Shown here in pieces: positions 34,632-45,703 of a DNA stretch of 53,062 bases. Both the position numbers and the translations under genes were made by a program. The stretch comes from Scorias spongiosa. Taxonomy: Eukaryota. The DNA lies in contig JACSZZ010000005.1 in NCBI GenBank assembly GCA_018467035.1, positions 3,224,001-3,277,062 of the forward strand. Reading direction: 5' to 3'. The notes under the pieces were generated by a model that saw nothing but the letters and a program-made list of their open reading frames with translations, searched no databases and had not been told where the DNA came from. Every line of letters begins with the position of its first letter. The first letter of the stretch is position 1.

Positions 34632-37600
34632 TCATCTTTCGGACAAAAGGTCGTCTCCGCCTTTGTACTCATCACTATTGCCTTCGCCGATCTTATCACC
34701 CTCGCTATCCGATGTCTCGTAATCATGGTGCTCATCATTCAAAACAACTTGATGTAAAACTTGCTTTTCGAAAAGGTCAATGACAAAGCGGTATTGTGGG
34801 ATGCGATACTGATGATCCGTAAGCAGGCGCAGTGCTTTGCGGAACATGCTGGGGCTACCAAATCCGGGAGCCTTCATATGGTGTTTGAGATTATTGAGTT
34901 CCGCAATCGCCTTATTCATCAAGACAGTATTCCCAAGTTTGGCGATGGCTTCAAGAATAGCACGGCTTGAAGGATCCTTCTCTTGGGTCGTAATATCGCC
35001 AGCTAAGTAGCCCGCGTTTCGAGTTCGAGATGACTGTAGAGCCCTTCTTTCTGGGAGCAGAAGATTGACTCTCTCGTCCTCACAATTGAGAGTGAACAGC
35101 TTCAAGAAGTCGAGAGGCAATGAATATCCCAAACTCTTACCCATGGTATTGACAGTACCATCCCAACCATATTCGGCAAGGATCTCCTGGCCGTGGAGGC
35201 TACGAGAAATCAATCCCAAGACAAAGAATGCTGTGCCTCGAAGGGTCATGACTTGTGATTCCTCTGCTATTCGCAGGAGATCTCTGGTGACATCTGTTTG
35301 TTCAAGGAACGGAGCCCCAAGTTCCATGGAGCCAACGTTACCAACCGCCCAAAGACATCCCTTTACTTTCAAGATGGCTTCAGAGTCTTGATGTTCAAGA
35401 GCGAGGTCCTTAATTGTCGCGGCAAACTCTTCGAAATGACCTTTTGATTTGAGTAACTCACAGCCTTCTGATGTTCTGGTAAGCTCTCTGTAGAAGTGCG
35501 GCGGAACAAAACCAAGATTGTCATGTTCTTGGGAATCTGACTCAGAGGTCAACGTTCCCTTCCCAGGAGTCTGGACAAGAGCACGGGCGAGTGACATCTC
35601 CACCACAGTCACGTACGAATCGTTCCGCCCGAGAAACCAGTCGTCCATCTCTTTCGTGATGTAATCGAGGCCGTCCAAGTAGTGATAACCGACACTGGTG
35701 GAGAGGAATCTCAATAGAAGCGGTGCACCAATTTCACCCAGGTGATCCAGCGCAGGCCGACATTTGACCACATACTCCAAGGACGTGACTGCATTGCAAG
35801 CCTCTTCCAGTATCTTGATGGCGATCTCGCAAACCTCAATCTCAGGATCATACAATTGGCCGACAAGAGATCTGATCGCCCATTCTGGCGCACATCCACC
35901 TTCCAATCCTCCATCACTAACGGGAGCAAGGGCGTACTTCCGAAGAATCCGCGTAGCATCAATCCTGATTTGCTTCGAACCCGCAACCATGGCCTTTGTA
36001 AGGATGATGCGTGGGTGACTATCCAGGGTGTAGTCGAGATTTGTCAGCAGAGTTCTGATCAGATCATCGCGATCCTTTAGTTCGACAATATGATAGAACA
36101 TATTGATGATTTTCCACCTCTCCATCATCAACAAGCCCTTACTATCGCTGCACATAGCTCCCAGAATGGCGAAATATCCACCCACGAGTGTTTCAGAGAG
36201 CCTGACTGGAGAGAACAGCGGCGCTGCCGATGTAATACCACTTATCGGATCAAATTGAGCCAGGCATTCTGCAATTTGTCGGACCAATTTGTTTTCTCCT
36301 AGATAGCGAGCACCATCACTGGTTTGTAGGAGCATCTTGACCAAAGCACATCCAGTACGTACATACTTTTGGTTAGGTTTGGTGTTCGCCGCGTCAGAAA
36401 ATCTGAACTTGAATGGCCGGAGGAATCCAAGAAGCCGATGTATGAACTTGGTGTTCATAGCCTCGTGCAAGCGTTTTGGATTCAACAAGGGTCCTTCAAT
36501 CAAATGGTGTATGAGATCCCACTTCCATTTCAGATAGTTGACAGTATTTAGGACGTTTGAATCAATCAATGCTTGTCGAAATTGTGTCTCATCCATCGAA
36601 TTGGTAAATTGTGACTGTGAAAGTGCCCTTGAACGGGACACGACGTCTTCGACTTTGGGTATGGAAGTGCTGGGGTTACCAGGAGTAGAGCGGTACAATG
36701 TTCGATTCACACTGTCGACTTGGTACACTGTTGTGACAGCATCGAACCGAGATTCGCTGCCAAAATCGGTAGCTTTTTGGAACAAGCTGGGAAGAGATTG
36801 AAGTTCAGTGCCCCAATCATAAGGAAGCAGCTCGGTGGACATCTTCAGGATTTCAGCAGTAACCAGGCTTGCTTTGCGCTTCACGGCCAGATTTGCAGCG
36901 TTGTCTTCGACATGTGTGAGACCTCGGAGGAGCCCTTGTCTTAACAGCATGGCCAATACAATGGAAATGAAATGATGCACCAAGCTATGCTTGTGCTGTG
37001 CATATTGATTGCTCTCAGAATCTCCTTGCGCGGCAGGGGTTGGGCCCATATTTTGGAAGTTCGTCACCCTTCCATAGGTGGTAAGTCGTCTTCCTCCAAT
37101 AAAAGACGATGACCAGGATGGCTGCTCAATCCGTAATACTTCTACCAAGAGATCTAATGTTACGGCTTGGACAATGCTTGTGTTTATGTAGAGCGCTGCG
37201 ATTATGCTTTTCACGGGCAGGAAGTCATGCAAGGACAACGCCATCAAGCCAGACCATGTTTTGAAAAGGTTCGCCACAACATTTGCACTTGCCTTTAACC
37301 GATCTTCATACAGATGTGAAGCCGATGGCTCTGTGAATGCGGCAAATGCGGCACTAAACTCGAACCCAGATCTCAGCAGGCTACGATGCACGGGCAGATC
37401 CATCAAATGAAGAATTGGAGCAACCAAAGTCTCAGGTGCTGGATACGTACCGCTGCCTAAAGCATCGGCGAGCACTGCCACGCCTCCTGTTTCTATAACA
37501 AGGTCTGGCTCTTTGAGCAGCATTTCGGACAGAGTGAGAACTGCAATATTTCGCAAATGATCTTCAGCGTGGTCTGCGACGGCCGCGACACAACGAGCGA

Positions 37601-38609
37601 CAGCCGATGAAATTTCCTTGACACCACCTTTGACATCCAGAAACGCGCGGATGAACTTTAGGGACTGTTCCCTCTCGACTCGCGCTTTTGAGTCCTTAAT
37701 TAAAGAGACGATCACAAGGAAGTCTGTGTGAAACTCTCTAATGGCTTGCAGGCTTTTCCGGTCGGTTATCGCGAAGCGTAAGACTCGGTAGCCGGCTGCG
37801 ACAACCTCTCTGCTATCACTCAATAGCAACTTCTGTGCTTTTATCCCAAAGACTGACCAGGCCAAGTCATATTTGAGGGTCGGATGCCGTTTGAATAGGT
37901 CGACAAGTTCATTCGCGTGATTGACATAATAATCCGGGTGCATGCCCTGAGCATCAAAGGCGTGAAGAATCTCGGCCAGAATGAACGAAGGACTTTCTTG
38001 ATCGGGCTCCAAATCCGGCTGGCTCGCAGAATCGTATGCTATCGATACGCTCTGCCCACTAGGCGAGCGCAGAGGTGCATTGCGAAACAACTGAGACAGT
38101 CGGGATTTTGGACTCAACGGCTGATCCTTTGTCTTCTGGATTTCAATGTCAAGATCATGCTGGAGCTGTGCGATCTTGCGGTTACTTGTGTTGAGTTCGC
38201 TTTCCACCATCTTTCGCTGATCACGGGACTGTTTGGGGTTTTTGGAATTCAGAGCTTCTAGCAGGTTCTCGGATCCAATCTTGATCTTCATCTCTTTTTC
38301 AATTTGGTCCTTGAAATCCGCCTGGCGCTGTTCGGAAGTGCGAGTCCCGTCGCCATGCGGAAGACCAGCCGCGAAACTACCTCCATAGTGATGCAACTCG
38401 CCTCTTGACAAAGTGGTTTTGAGCTCTGCCCCAAATGTGCCAGGAGCCGGACGGGAGAAGCTTTGGATCGGTTTTGCAGTCGCGAAGCTGGCAGTCACAG
38501 AGGCCGGAGGACGGCCACCATCCTTGCTCGGTCTTGACTGGGTTTGCGGCAGAGTGTCAGGGTTAAATGGACCCGAGGAGGGCGTGTTGCTGTGAGAAGT
38601 AGGCGTCAT
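34632..38609 (-). CDS. AVO3: TORC2 subunit Avo3/Tsc11/Ste20 (Rictor), 1325 aa, intronless
   Basis: HR1 coil (QIEKEMKIKIGSENLLEAL), Rictor N-domain (REVVAAGYR, EREQSLKFIR), PPHFYRELTRTSEGC, LWAVGNVGS and TLRGTAFFVLGLIS motifs. Confidence 0.95.
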   Translation of the reverse strand: MTPTSHSNTPSSGPFNPDTLPQTQSRPSKDGGRPPASVTASFATAKPIQSFSRPAPGTFGAELKTTLSRGELHHYGGSFAAGLPHGDGTRTSEQRQADFKDQIEKEMKIKIGSENLLEALNSKNPKQSRDQRKMVESELNTSNRKIAQLQHDLDIEIQKTKDQPLSPKSRLSQLFRNAPLRSPSGQSVSIAYDSASQPDLEPDQESPSFILAEILHAFDAQGMHPDYYVNHANELVDLFKRHPTLKYDLAWSVFGIKAQKLLLSDSREVVAAGYRVLRFAITDRKSLQAIREFHTDFLVIVSLIKDSKARVEREQSLKFIRAFLDVKGGVKEISSAVARCVAAVADHAEDHLRNIAVLTLSEMLLKEPDLVIETGGVAVLADALGSGTYPAPETLVAPILHLMDLPVHRSLLRSGFEFSAAFAAFTEPSASHLYEDRLKASANVVANLFKTWSGLMALSLHDFLPVKSIIAALYINTSIVQAVTLDLLVEVLRIEQPSWSSSFIGGRRLTTYGRVTNFQNMGPTPAAQGDSESNQYAQHKHSLVHHFISIVLAMLLRQGLLRGLTHVEDNAANLAVKRKASLVTAEILKMSTELLPYDWGTELQSLPSLFQKATDFGSESRFDAVTTVYQVDSVNRTLYRSTPGNPSTSIPKVEDVVSRSRALSQSQFTNSMDETQFRQALIDSNVLNTVNYLKWKWDLIHHLIEGPLLNPKRLHEAMNTKFIHRLLGFLRPFKFRFSDAANTKPNQKYVRTGCALVKMLLQTSDGARYLGENKLVRQIAECLAQFDPISGITSAAPLFSPVRLSETLVGGYFAILGAMCSDSKGLLMMERWKIINMFYHIVELKDRDDLIRTLLTNLDYTLDSHPRIILTKAMVAGSKQIRIDATRILRKYALAPVSDGGLEGGCAPEWAIRSLVGQLYDPEIEVCEIAIKILEEACNAVTSLEYVVKCRPALDHLGEIGAPLLLRFLSTSVGYHYLDGLDYITKEMDDWFLGRNDSYVTVVEMSLARALVQTPGKGTLTSESDSQEHDNLGFVPPHFYRELTRTSEGCELLKSKGHFEEFAATIKDLALEHQDSEAILKVKGCLWAVGNVGSMELGAPFLEQTDVTRDLLRIAEESQVMTLRGTAFFVLGLISRSLHGQEILAEYGWDGTVNTMGKSLGYSLPLDFLKLFTLNCEDERVNLLLPERRALQSSRTRNAGYLAGDITTQEKDPSSRAILEAIAKLGNTVLMNKAIAELNNLKHHMKAPGFGSPSMFRKALRLLTDHQYRIPQYRFVIDLFEKQVLHQVVLNDEHHDYETSDSEGDKIGEGNSDEYKGGDDLLSER

Positions 38610-39786
38610 CTAAGCCCACAGCGGTTGGCGACATCCGCATTGGAACTCGTTGTGCTCGAGGCTTGATATGGCGGTTGGGCTTTCACATATGGAAGGGATA
38701 GCTGGCAGCACGCGCAGGAAAGTCTCGGTATGTGTAGATCAAAGGGTAGCCGGCTCATGCGGCGTGGCGTGAAGGCACAAGATGAGCTGCGGACGTGTGA
38801 CGCAGCGTGTGTGGGCGGTGGTATTACAGCCGGCGACAGCGTGGCGTTCAATTGTTACGCTCCGGGTTCGAATAACGGGTAATGGTTGGCCTGAGTTTAA
38901 AGAGGAAGCTATCACGAGCGCTGCATTGGTGGAAAAACTGGCTGATGTCGCTCGTGGTATCGCAATAGCCTCGAAAGTCACCAAGGCGACGGAGGACGAG
39001 CAGTTGGTGGTGGGACCAAGTATGACGTAACTCCTTACCTAATATAGGTATATACCTAGGTACATAGGTATATCTTAGCACAAAAGTGTGGGCTACTTGC
39101 ATTCCGTTTAATGTAGCTTCTGACCTTGGGTTGTGATCATTTACTACTAGATCACGATGATTGAACTGTGCTGCAGCGAATGCGACGATGGAGCAAAGCT
39201 TAGAGTGATGGCCTCCACGGGTGAGGCGTATGAATAAAGCAGAATCGCAATCTGGAAATGGGGATGCTCCTGGATGCTTTCACATAGAGTGTGAGTAAAC
39301 ATTCAACATTGATAGTGCTGCCTTGCGATACCCGCCTCACATCAGACTGAGCCATCAAGTAGGTCGCTCGCCATGAGCAGCTCTAGCTGGCCTTAGTCCA
39401 ATGATTTCATCTTGAGAAGTTATAGGCTACATCCGATCTAATCCTTCTTTCTGCACTGGCTTTGCAGCTGCTACATAAATCTCGAAGCTGAACAAGGTTG
39501 ATGTGCTGATTTGGTAAAGTGGCTCGACTTTTAGCCTTTCTGTTGATACGGCTGCAGAATCTACCGTGAATGTTAGGTCTGGCAAGCCATCCACTGGAGT
39601 TGTTGGATTAGAATCGTTGGGTCCGTGACTGACATCAGGCCTTTGAAAGCCATACCCTCAAAATCGACAAATCGGCGTCATCCATTTGTGGGACGGCTTC
39701 AAACTTCGAGACAGTCAGTTCCGGGTGAGGTAAGATGGAAGGGCAATTATATTGAGCGACATCCGATTTCATCGAAAGTGTTAGCG

Positions 39787-40500
39787 TTAGGGGAACACGA
39801 TGCTTCGTCTTTTGCCTCGTGCGTTTGTAATCTTCAGAAGCTGGACATCACTATATGCTGGGTGGGTGAACGTAAAGCCCACTGGTACGCCTTTGTCGCT
39901 CAAGATACTCATAGGGGTTGACGCTGTGAGAATACCGAGATGGTGTATTGCTCTGTTGCCGTTGCTGTAGTAAGTACTGTTGCGCCATGCCAGCCCAGCG
40001 TCTTCGAAATCAGATGCATTCCAGAACCTTAAAAGCCTCTTCGAGACCCTCGATACTCTGAATCGTTGTGTCACGAAGGGATTCAGCCAGCTTCCCATAT
40101 TGCATCGCTTAGGCTTTCTCAAAAAACCTCATCTCGCAATACGTGCTCGGATGATCTGCTGCTTGGAGATCGGGGGGAGCTTAGGATGTCCGAATACCTC
40201 TAGAAATTCGTTCCAAGCATGGGCGATCAATGCGCCTCTCTCGATGGTATTCCAGGCAGCCGGTTGCTGAGGACAGCCGGTTATCAGTAGCCTATCGTTG
40301 TTATGGGCCGTCAAGGCAGGAAAGCTAGACACAAAAACGTTCTCGGCAGCAATAGACTCAACTTCTTTGCGTGCTTTCTGTTCAAGTTCAACAATAGCTA
40401 TGCTCCTTTCAACTTAGTGTGTTCCCTCTACCTCCTGTGGTGCAGCGATGTTGTTGAAGTAGACCTGCTGGAGGAGCTTGTCAATTTGGTTTAACCCTAG
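39787..40500 (-). pseudogene. Decayed coding sequence of unknown family
   Basis: One frame of 238 codons has only two internal stops (TAA 40414, TGA 40129) and joins track ORFs 40129..40332 and 39787..40122. The text is protein-like (LNQIDKLLQQVYFN...AWNTIERGALIAHAWNEFLEVFGHP). No intact start was found. Confidence 0.45.
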
Positions 40501-41911
40501 TCAAGACCCAATTTAGCGATTTGGGGTTATGGTTTCTATTTGATCTAATCTAAGATCGAGCTTCATGAGCATGGATCCTTGCTTATGATTTTCTGGCCTC
40601 TAGATCGCTCTCGATTGTCCGCACTACATGATACCAATGGTTTGATCAGCGAGGCTTGCTGAACAGAGTAATCATTAGATGGTATTTGATTTAGCTGAGA
40701 GACAAGCCAATGGTGGTCAAACTGAACATACAGCTTCCGCCCCAATGCTAGCTTGTCGGATCAAAATATTCCAAAGCTTAGACGGATAGAGCTTCAACCT
40801 TGTAGGCATAGTCCTTTGTCTTGTGTCGACCTGTAAAGAATAGCAAGCGTCCGGAACGTGGCACAGCAACAACAACAATGTGAGTTAGAGCAGCCGTGCC
40901 GGGATGACTGGCCTATTGATTAGCCTGATTATCTTCGCTGGAACCTTATCGGCTGCAAAGTTTGGTTCTAGGTACGCTCTCACGTATACTCCGACTTCCA
41001 TCGTGACTTGCTGCTGCAACAGAGTTACTTTCATGAGTATCATTATGTTTGGTGGCTGGATGGAATTGAAAAGCGTCGAAGACCTAAAGCGTGGCACTTT
41101 AGTGTCAGGCCACAAGATCTCGACAAATTGAAGTCATTAGAAGGGAGGAAGTCCCCTATGTTTCGGTATTTACTTAGGTATTGCTGAGGGCAGTGGCTCA
41201 GCTTAAATGTTGCATAGGCAATCTTCGCTCGCCGCCATGCATGTCAACATAAACCTCCTAACAGAAGCCAAATGTAGCTCATACTCAATTGGTACGTGGC
41301 TTTCCTAAAGTCCACTCTGCTATCGAGTTCGTTCATTTGCTACATATACCGAAGGCCATCACTGCGGTCGCTGGCTATCAAGAAGATCCAGTGGCATTGA
41401 GGCGAAGCCTGGATAAGAGATTGCCAGAATGACCAGATAAGATAGACTGTTTGAAACAGATTCGCTTCCAATTGTGTCGGTGTTCTGTGACTTTGACTAT
41501 AGAACCGTCGTCGGATTCATGTCTCAACACAGCCCAGAAGGCCTTCAATGCAGTTGAAGCGTAGGTGAATGCATGATGTGAGCCAGGGATATATTATCGC
41601 AATTCCCCATCATAGCGTAGCGTGCAGCGATATTGTATTTAAGCGGTCTTGGCATCGCTCGGCCCGCTACCTCTTTTACTAGTTGCTCTGACTGTCGAAA
41701 GAGCCGCTCAAGCTCAGGGTCGGGGTGATGAAAGTTGTTGCCTAGAATACTATGCCATTGTAAAATACTGTCTTTCCCTTGCCAACGTTGTTCCAATGCT
41801 TCTCTCTGACACCTGACTCTTCAATCATTCCCTTCAGTCACTCTTCCACGCCAATGTGCTGACACTGCGACCACCTGATGGGAGCCCAGCCTGCCAATTC
41901 TTCCTGGCACC

Positions 41912-44900
41912 ATGGCTACCAAACCTGGCTTAGAACAGGGCAGACGTTCCTTACCGAACACTAACGTGCAGCAACCCATTCCTCAACAGGTCGAAGCCGC
42001 TGCTGCTGCTGCCACTCAGAACCATCCTTCAAGACCCATTCGACAGGAGACTCTGCTACAAAATACTGACCTCCTTACTCCCGAAGAGGGCGAAGGCGAG
42101 GACGACATACCGCCCCCTGCTTATGGCGACTTTTATGGAGAGATCGGGAACGAAAATCAAGGCACGGGTACCAGTGCCAATGTATCTGATGACGGTCGCG
42201 TCAACATCCGCATCAATCATTTCAATCGCCGTTTGTCTCAGATCTTTACTCCTGCTCTAGGTCAACAGATTCAAACCGCTCAAAGCAGTCTTCCGCATTC
42301 GCTCCCTACCATTTTCAATTCCTCAGCACGTGACAAGGGAACTCCTCCACCCCCATCATTGAATGTCGTGATTCAAGTCGTGGGCTCGCGTGGAGATATA
42401 CAACCTTTCATTGCCTTAGGAAAAGTCTTGAAAGACACTTATAGCCATCGCGTACGCCTCGCAACCCATCCTAATTTCCAGGACTTTGTACAGGATAATG
42501 GCCTGGAATTCTTCAGTATTGGCGGCGACCCCTCTCGGCAAATGGCCTTCATGGCCAAGAACCCTAGCATGGTGCCAGGCTTTCGCAGTCTACTTAGTGG
42601 AGATGTTAGCCAGCAAAGAAGAGATGTCAGTGAGTATATCCAAGGCTGCTGGCGATCATGCTACGAGGCCGGCGACGGGACAGGTCTAGGCACTGCCGGC
42701 GATGACCATTCCGAGCCCGAAGCAAGACCTTTCGTCGCCGACTGTATCATCGCCAACCCCCCAAGCTTTGCTCACATCCATTGCGCAGAGAAGCTTGGCA
42801 TCCCCCTACATATCATGTTTACTATGCCATATTCTCCTACACAGGCATTTCCCCATCCACTGGCTAACATCCAATCTTCGAATGCCGATCCTCAGCTTAC
42901 TAATTTCATAAGCTATGTCATGATTGAACTACTTGTGTGGCAGGGTATAGGGGACATCATTAATCGGTTTCGTAAAAAATGTCTCGCTTTGGACCCTATA
43001 TCTACGATCTACGGCCCTGGGATGCTCCACCGCCTCAAAGTCCCTCATACCTACTGTTGGTCTCCGGCCTTGATACCTAAACCGAAAGACTGGGGTCCCC
43101 ACATATCCATCTCTAAGTTCTACTGCCTCAAAACCCCCAACTATACCCCCACCCCTGACCTCCAAGCATTTCTCGACGCTGGGCCAAGACCCGTCTATGT
43201 AGGATTCGGAAGCATAATTTTGGATGATCCTATTGCGATGACAAAGCTCATCTTTGAGACCGCAAGGATGACAGGCCAACGTGTCCTTCTCTCTAAAGGC
43301 TGGGGAGGCATGGGAGCAGAGGATATCCCCACTGATGTCTTCATGTTATCTGATGTACCGCATGACTGGCTTTTCAAGCACGTCTCTTGCGTCGTTCACC
43401 ATGGTGGCGCAGGAACTACGGCAGCCGGTATTGCTGCAGGACGGCCAACTATAATAATTCCCTTCTTTGGAGACCAGCCTTTCTGGGGGGCTGTGGTCGC
43501 GCGAGCAGGCGCAGGTCCAGATCCGATCCCCAATAAACAACTTACGCCGGACAAGTTAGCCGATGCCATTAATTTCTGCCTGAAGCCTGAAATTCTAGAA
43601 TGTGCCAAAGAACTCGCAAGCAAGATCGCGATAGAGGGAGATAACGAAGAGCGAGGCAGCGACATAGGTGCGGAGTCGTTTCATACATATCTTCAAGCTG
43701 ACCGGCTCCGTTGCGCTCTTGCGCCATCTCGTTCCGCTGTTTGGCGCATCAAACGTACTAAGATTAAGTTGAGCTCATTTGCTGCTTGTACTTTGGCAAA
43801 TGCAAATCTCCTGTCTTTCGATGACTTGAAGCTTTTTAGACCTCAAGAATACTCTACCGACGACGGCCCATCGGATCCGATATCCGGAGGTTTCACGACA
43901 GCTATGCGGGCGTTCACTAGCATGGCGATGGGTTTAGCTGATGTTCCCTCGGAGACGTGGAAAGCTTTGCAGCTTCCGTACGCTTACAGCCGCCAGCAGG
44001 CCCAAACATCATTGCTGAGAACCCGTAGGGGAGGTGATGTCTCGCAAACGGGGAGGATATCAACTTCATCCGCTTCGCCGGCACAGAGCCAGACAAGCTT
44101 GGATTGGGAGAGATCTCAAGCTCATACTCAGAGTTCTTCCAACGCGTCAGGTCTATCACCTCATAGTTCGCATGTCGGATCCAGTTCTCATTCCAATGCA
44201 ACGCAAAGCCAGCTGGATTTCCAACAAGAAGAACCGAGCCGAAGTCGAATCCGTAGTCGAGTTGAACGTAGATCCAGCAAAGACCGTGACATGCTGCGCC
44301 GGACTGGCCCACATATGAGTAAGGGCATTGGACGTTTCGTCAAGGCGGCTGTACAGTCACCTATGGAATTCTCAGTGAGCTTCACCAAAGGGTTTCACAA
44401 TGTTCCAAAGCTTTGGAACGACGATACCGTCCGCCCTCAAGAGAAAGTCAGGGATTTCAAGTCGGGTATGGAAGCGGTAGGAAGAGAGTTTGGCTTTGGC
44501 TGGTATGATGGAGTCACCGGTCTGGTTACTCAACCCTGGAAAGGCGCCCAGAAAGAAGGTCCTAGCGGCTTTTTCAAAGGAGTTGGTAAAGGAATCGGAG
44601 GTTTCATAGCTAAACCAAGTGCAGGCCTCCTTGGCATTCTCGGGCATACAATGAAGGGTGTACACAAGGAGGTGCAGAAGTTATTCAACGGCAGTGTGCA
44701 GAACTACATCATTGCGTCGAGGGCGGCTCAAGGATACGAGGAATGGCTACGAAGCTCGGATGATGAAATACAAGACGTCATCGCCCGGTGGAAGTTGATC
44801 GAAAAATATCTAGAGAAGAATCGCAATCCGGAGAAGGAGATGCAGGATGTTCTAGAAGCACAACGAAATGCAAAGATGGCTGACAGAGAGGCCAGTCGAA

Positions 44901-45703
44901 ATAGCTCACACACTACGAATGTTGGTGAATCCGCCAACAATGCAAATGTTTCGAGTGCAGATACCCTTGATGCTATGATTGCTAGAGGTAATCCACAGTC
45001 GCCATTGGCCTTTTCTGGAATGGCTTCCGAAGAATCGCTAGCAACGATGGAAGTGGGGCGTACCGCTCGACATCCAGCCCAGGAGATGTCATCAGGAGGC
45101 ACTGAAGAGAATACCACTATGTCAAAGGCGGTTCGGGAAAACATATCTCAGCTTGGATACCAACATCAAGAACCTACTACTTATCAGGCAGCCCAGGAGA
45201 ATCTCGACAGGGTGATGGCGAATATTGAGGCTGAAGCCCAGCAACAAGAAATAAACGATGCATCAAAATACGAGGAGAAGCTGAGGCGACCCATGCCACA
45301 GAATCCGAGGGATCAGAGACAGTGGAGTAGCGATAGTGAAGAAGGGTCGATCTTGACTCTTAATGACGAGGAAGATAAGGCGTCAGATGGGAGAACAGGA
45401 ACCTCCCCAGCGATGTCAGACAATGATGCAGCAATACCTGATGCATCATCAGGCATTCACCAAGCCTCTTCTCACGCTGTGGGTGTATCATCTACTCCTC
45501 CGTATGATGCAGGGCATCTCACAGGCACTTCCCAAAGTGAGTTCGAGGCGCAACAAAGCCAACAGCAGGGAGAGAAAACACTACAAGAGAAGACGGAGGA
45601 AGATATTGTGATTGAATACGTCAAGAAACAAAGCCTCTTGGAAGAGCATTATCGGACCAAAGGCAAGAGTCGTGCTACAGCGATACTGGCCAGGGACTAT
45701 TAA
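41912..45703 (+). CDS. Family 1 glycosyltransferase, sterol 3-beta-glucosyltransferase-like (no PH-GRAM), with a C-terminal Atg2/Vps13-C-like segment and a UIM-like motif (1263 aa)
   Basis: Motifs: GSRGDIQPF, HRVRLATH, IIANPPSFAHIHCAEKL, YVGFGS, VPHDWLF, VVHHGGAGTT, PFFGDQPFWG. Gly-rich DGVTGLVTQPWKGAQKEGPSGFFKGVGKG segment and terminal EEDIVIEYVKKQSLLE. Intronless. Confidence 0.9.
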   Translation: MATKPGLEQGRRSLPNTNVQQPIPQQVEAAAAAATQNHPSRPIRQETLLQNTDLLTPEEGEGEDDIPPPAYGDFYGEIGNENQGTGTSANVSDDGRVNIRINHFNRRLSQIFTPALGQQIQTAQSSLPHSLPTIFNSSARDKGTPPPPSLNVVIQVVGSRGDIQPFIALGKVLKDTYSHRVRLATHPNFQDFVQDNGLEFFSIGGDPSRQMAFMAKNPSMVPGFRSLLSGDVSQQRRDVSEYIQGCWRSCYEAGDGTGLGTAGDDHSEPEARPFVADCIIANPPSFAHIHCAEKLGIPLHIMFTMPYSPTQAFPHPLANIQSSNADPQLTNFISYVMIELLVWQGIGDIINRFRKKCLALDPISTIYGPGMLHRLKVPHTYCWSPALIPKPKDWGPHISISKFYCLKTPNYTPTPDLQAFLDAGPRPVYVGFGSIILDDPIAMTKLIFETARMTGQRVLLSKGWGGMGAEDIPTDVFMLSDVPHDWLFKHVSCVVHHGGAGTTAAGIAAGRPTIIIPFFGDQPFWGAVVARAGAGPDPIPNKQLTPDKLADAINFCLKPEILECAKELASKIAIEGDNEERGSDIGAESFHTYLQADRLRCALAPSRSAVWRIKRTKIKLSSFAACTLANANLLSFDDLKLFRPQEYSTDDGPSDPISGGFTTAMRAFTSMAMGLADVPSETWKALQLPYAYSRQQAQTSLLRTRRGGDVSQTGRISTSSASPAQSQTSLDWERSQAHTQSSSNASGLSPHSSHVGSSSHSNATQSQLDFQQEEPSRSRIRSRVERRSSKDRDMLRRTGPHMSKGIGRFVKAAVQSPMEFSVSFTKGFHNVPKLWNDDTVRPQEKVRDFKSGMEAVGREFGFGWYDGVTGLVTQPWKGAQKEGPSGFFKGVGKGIGGFIAKPSAGLLGILGHTMKGVHKEVQKLFNGSVQNYIIASRAAQGYEEWLRSSDDEIQDVIARWKLIEKYLEKNRNPEKEMQDVLEAQRNAKMADREASRNSSHTTNVGESANNANVSSADTLDAMIARGNPQSPLAFSGMASEESLATMEVGRTARHPAQEMSSGGTEENTTMSKAVRENISQLGYQHQEPTTYQAAQENLDRVMANIEAEAQQQEINDASKYEEKLRRPMPQNPRDQRQWSSDSEEGSILTLNDEEDKASDGRTGTSPAMSDNDAAIPDASSGIHQASSHAVGVSSTPPYDAGHLTGTSQSEFEAQQSQQQGEKTLQEKTEEDIVIEYVKKQSLLEEHYRTKGKSRATAILARDY

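Noticed and set aside
40730..41800. Protein-like fragments (plus strand 40861-41187; minus strand 41545-41796) as additional pseudogenes
   Set aside because: Stop density is close to random expectation and no family is recognisable, so they cannot be supported without a homology search.
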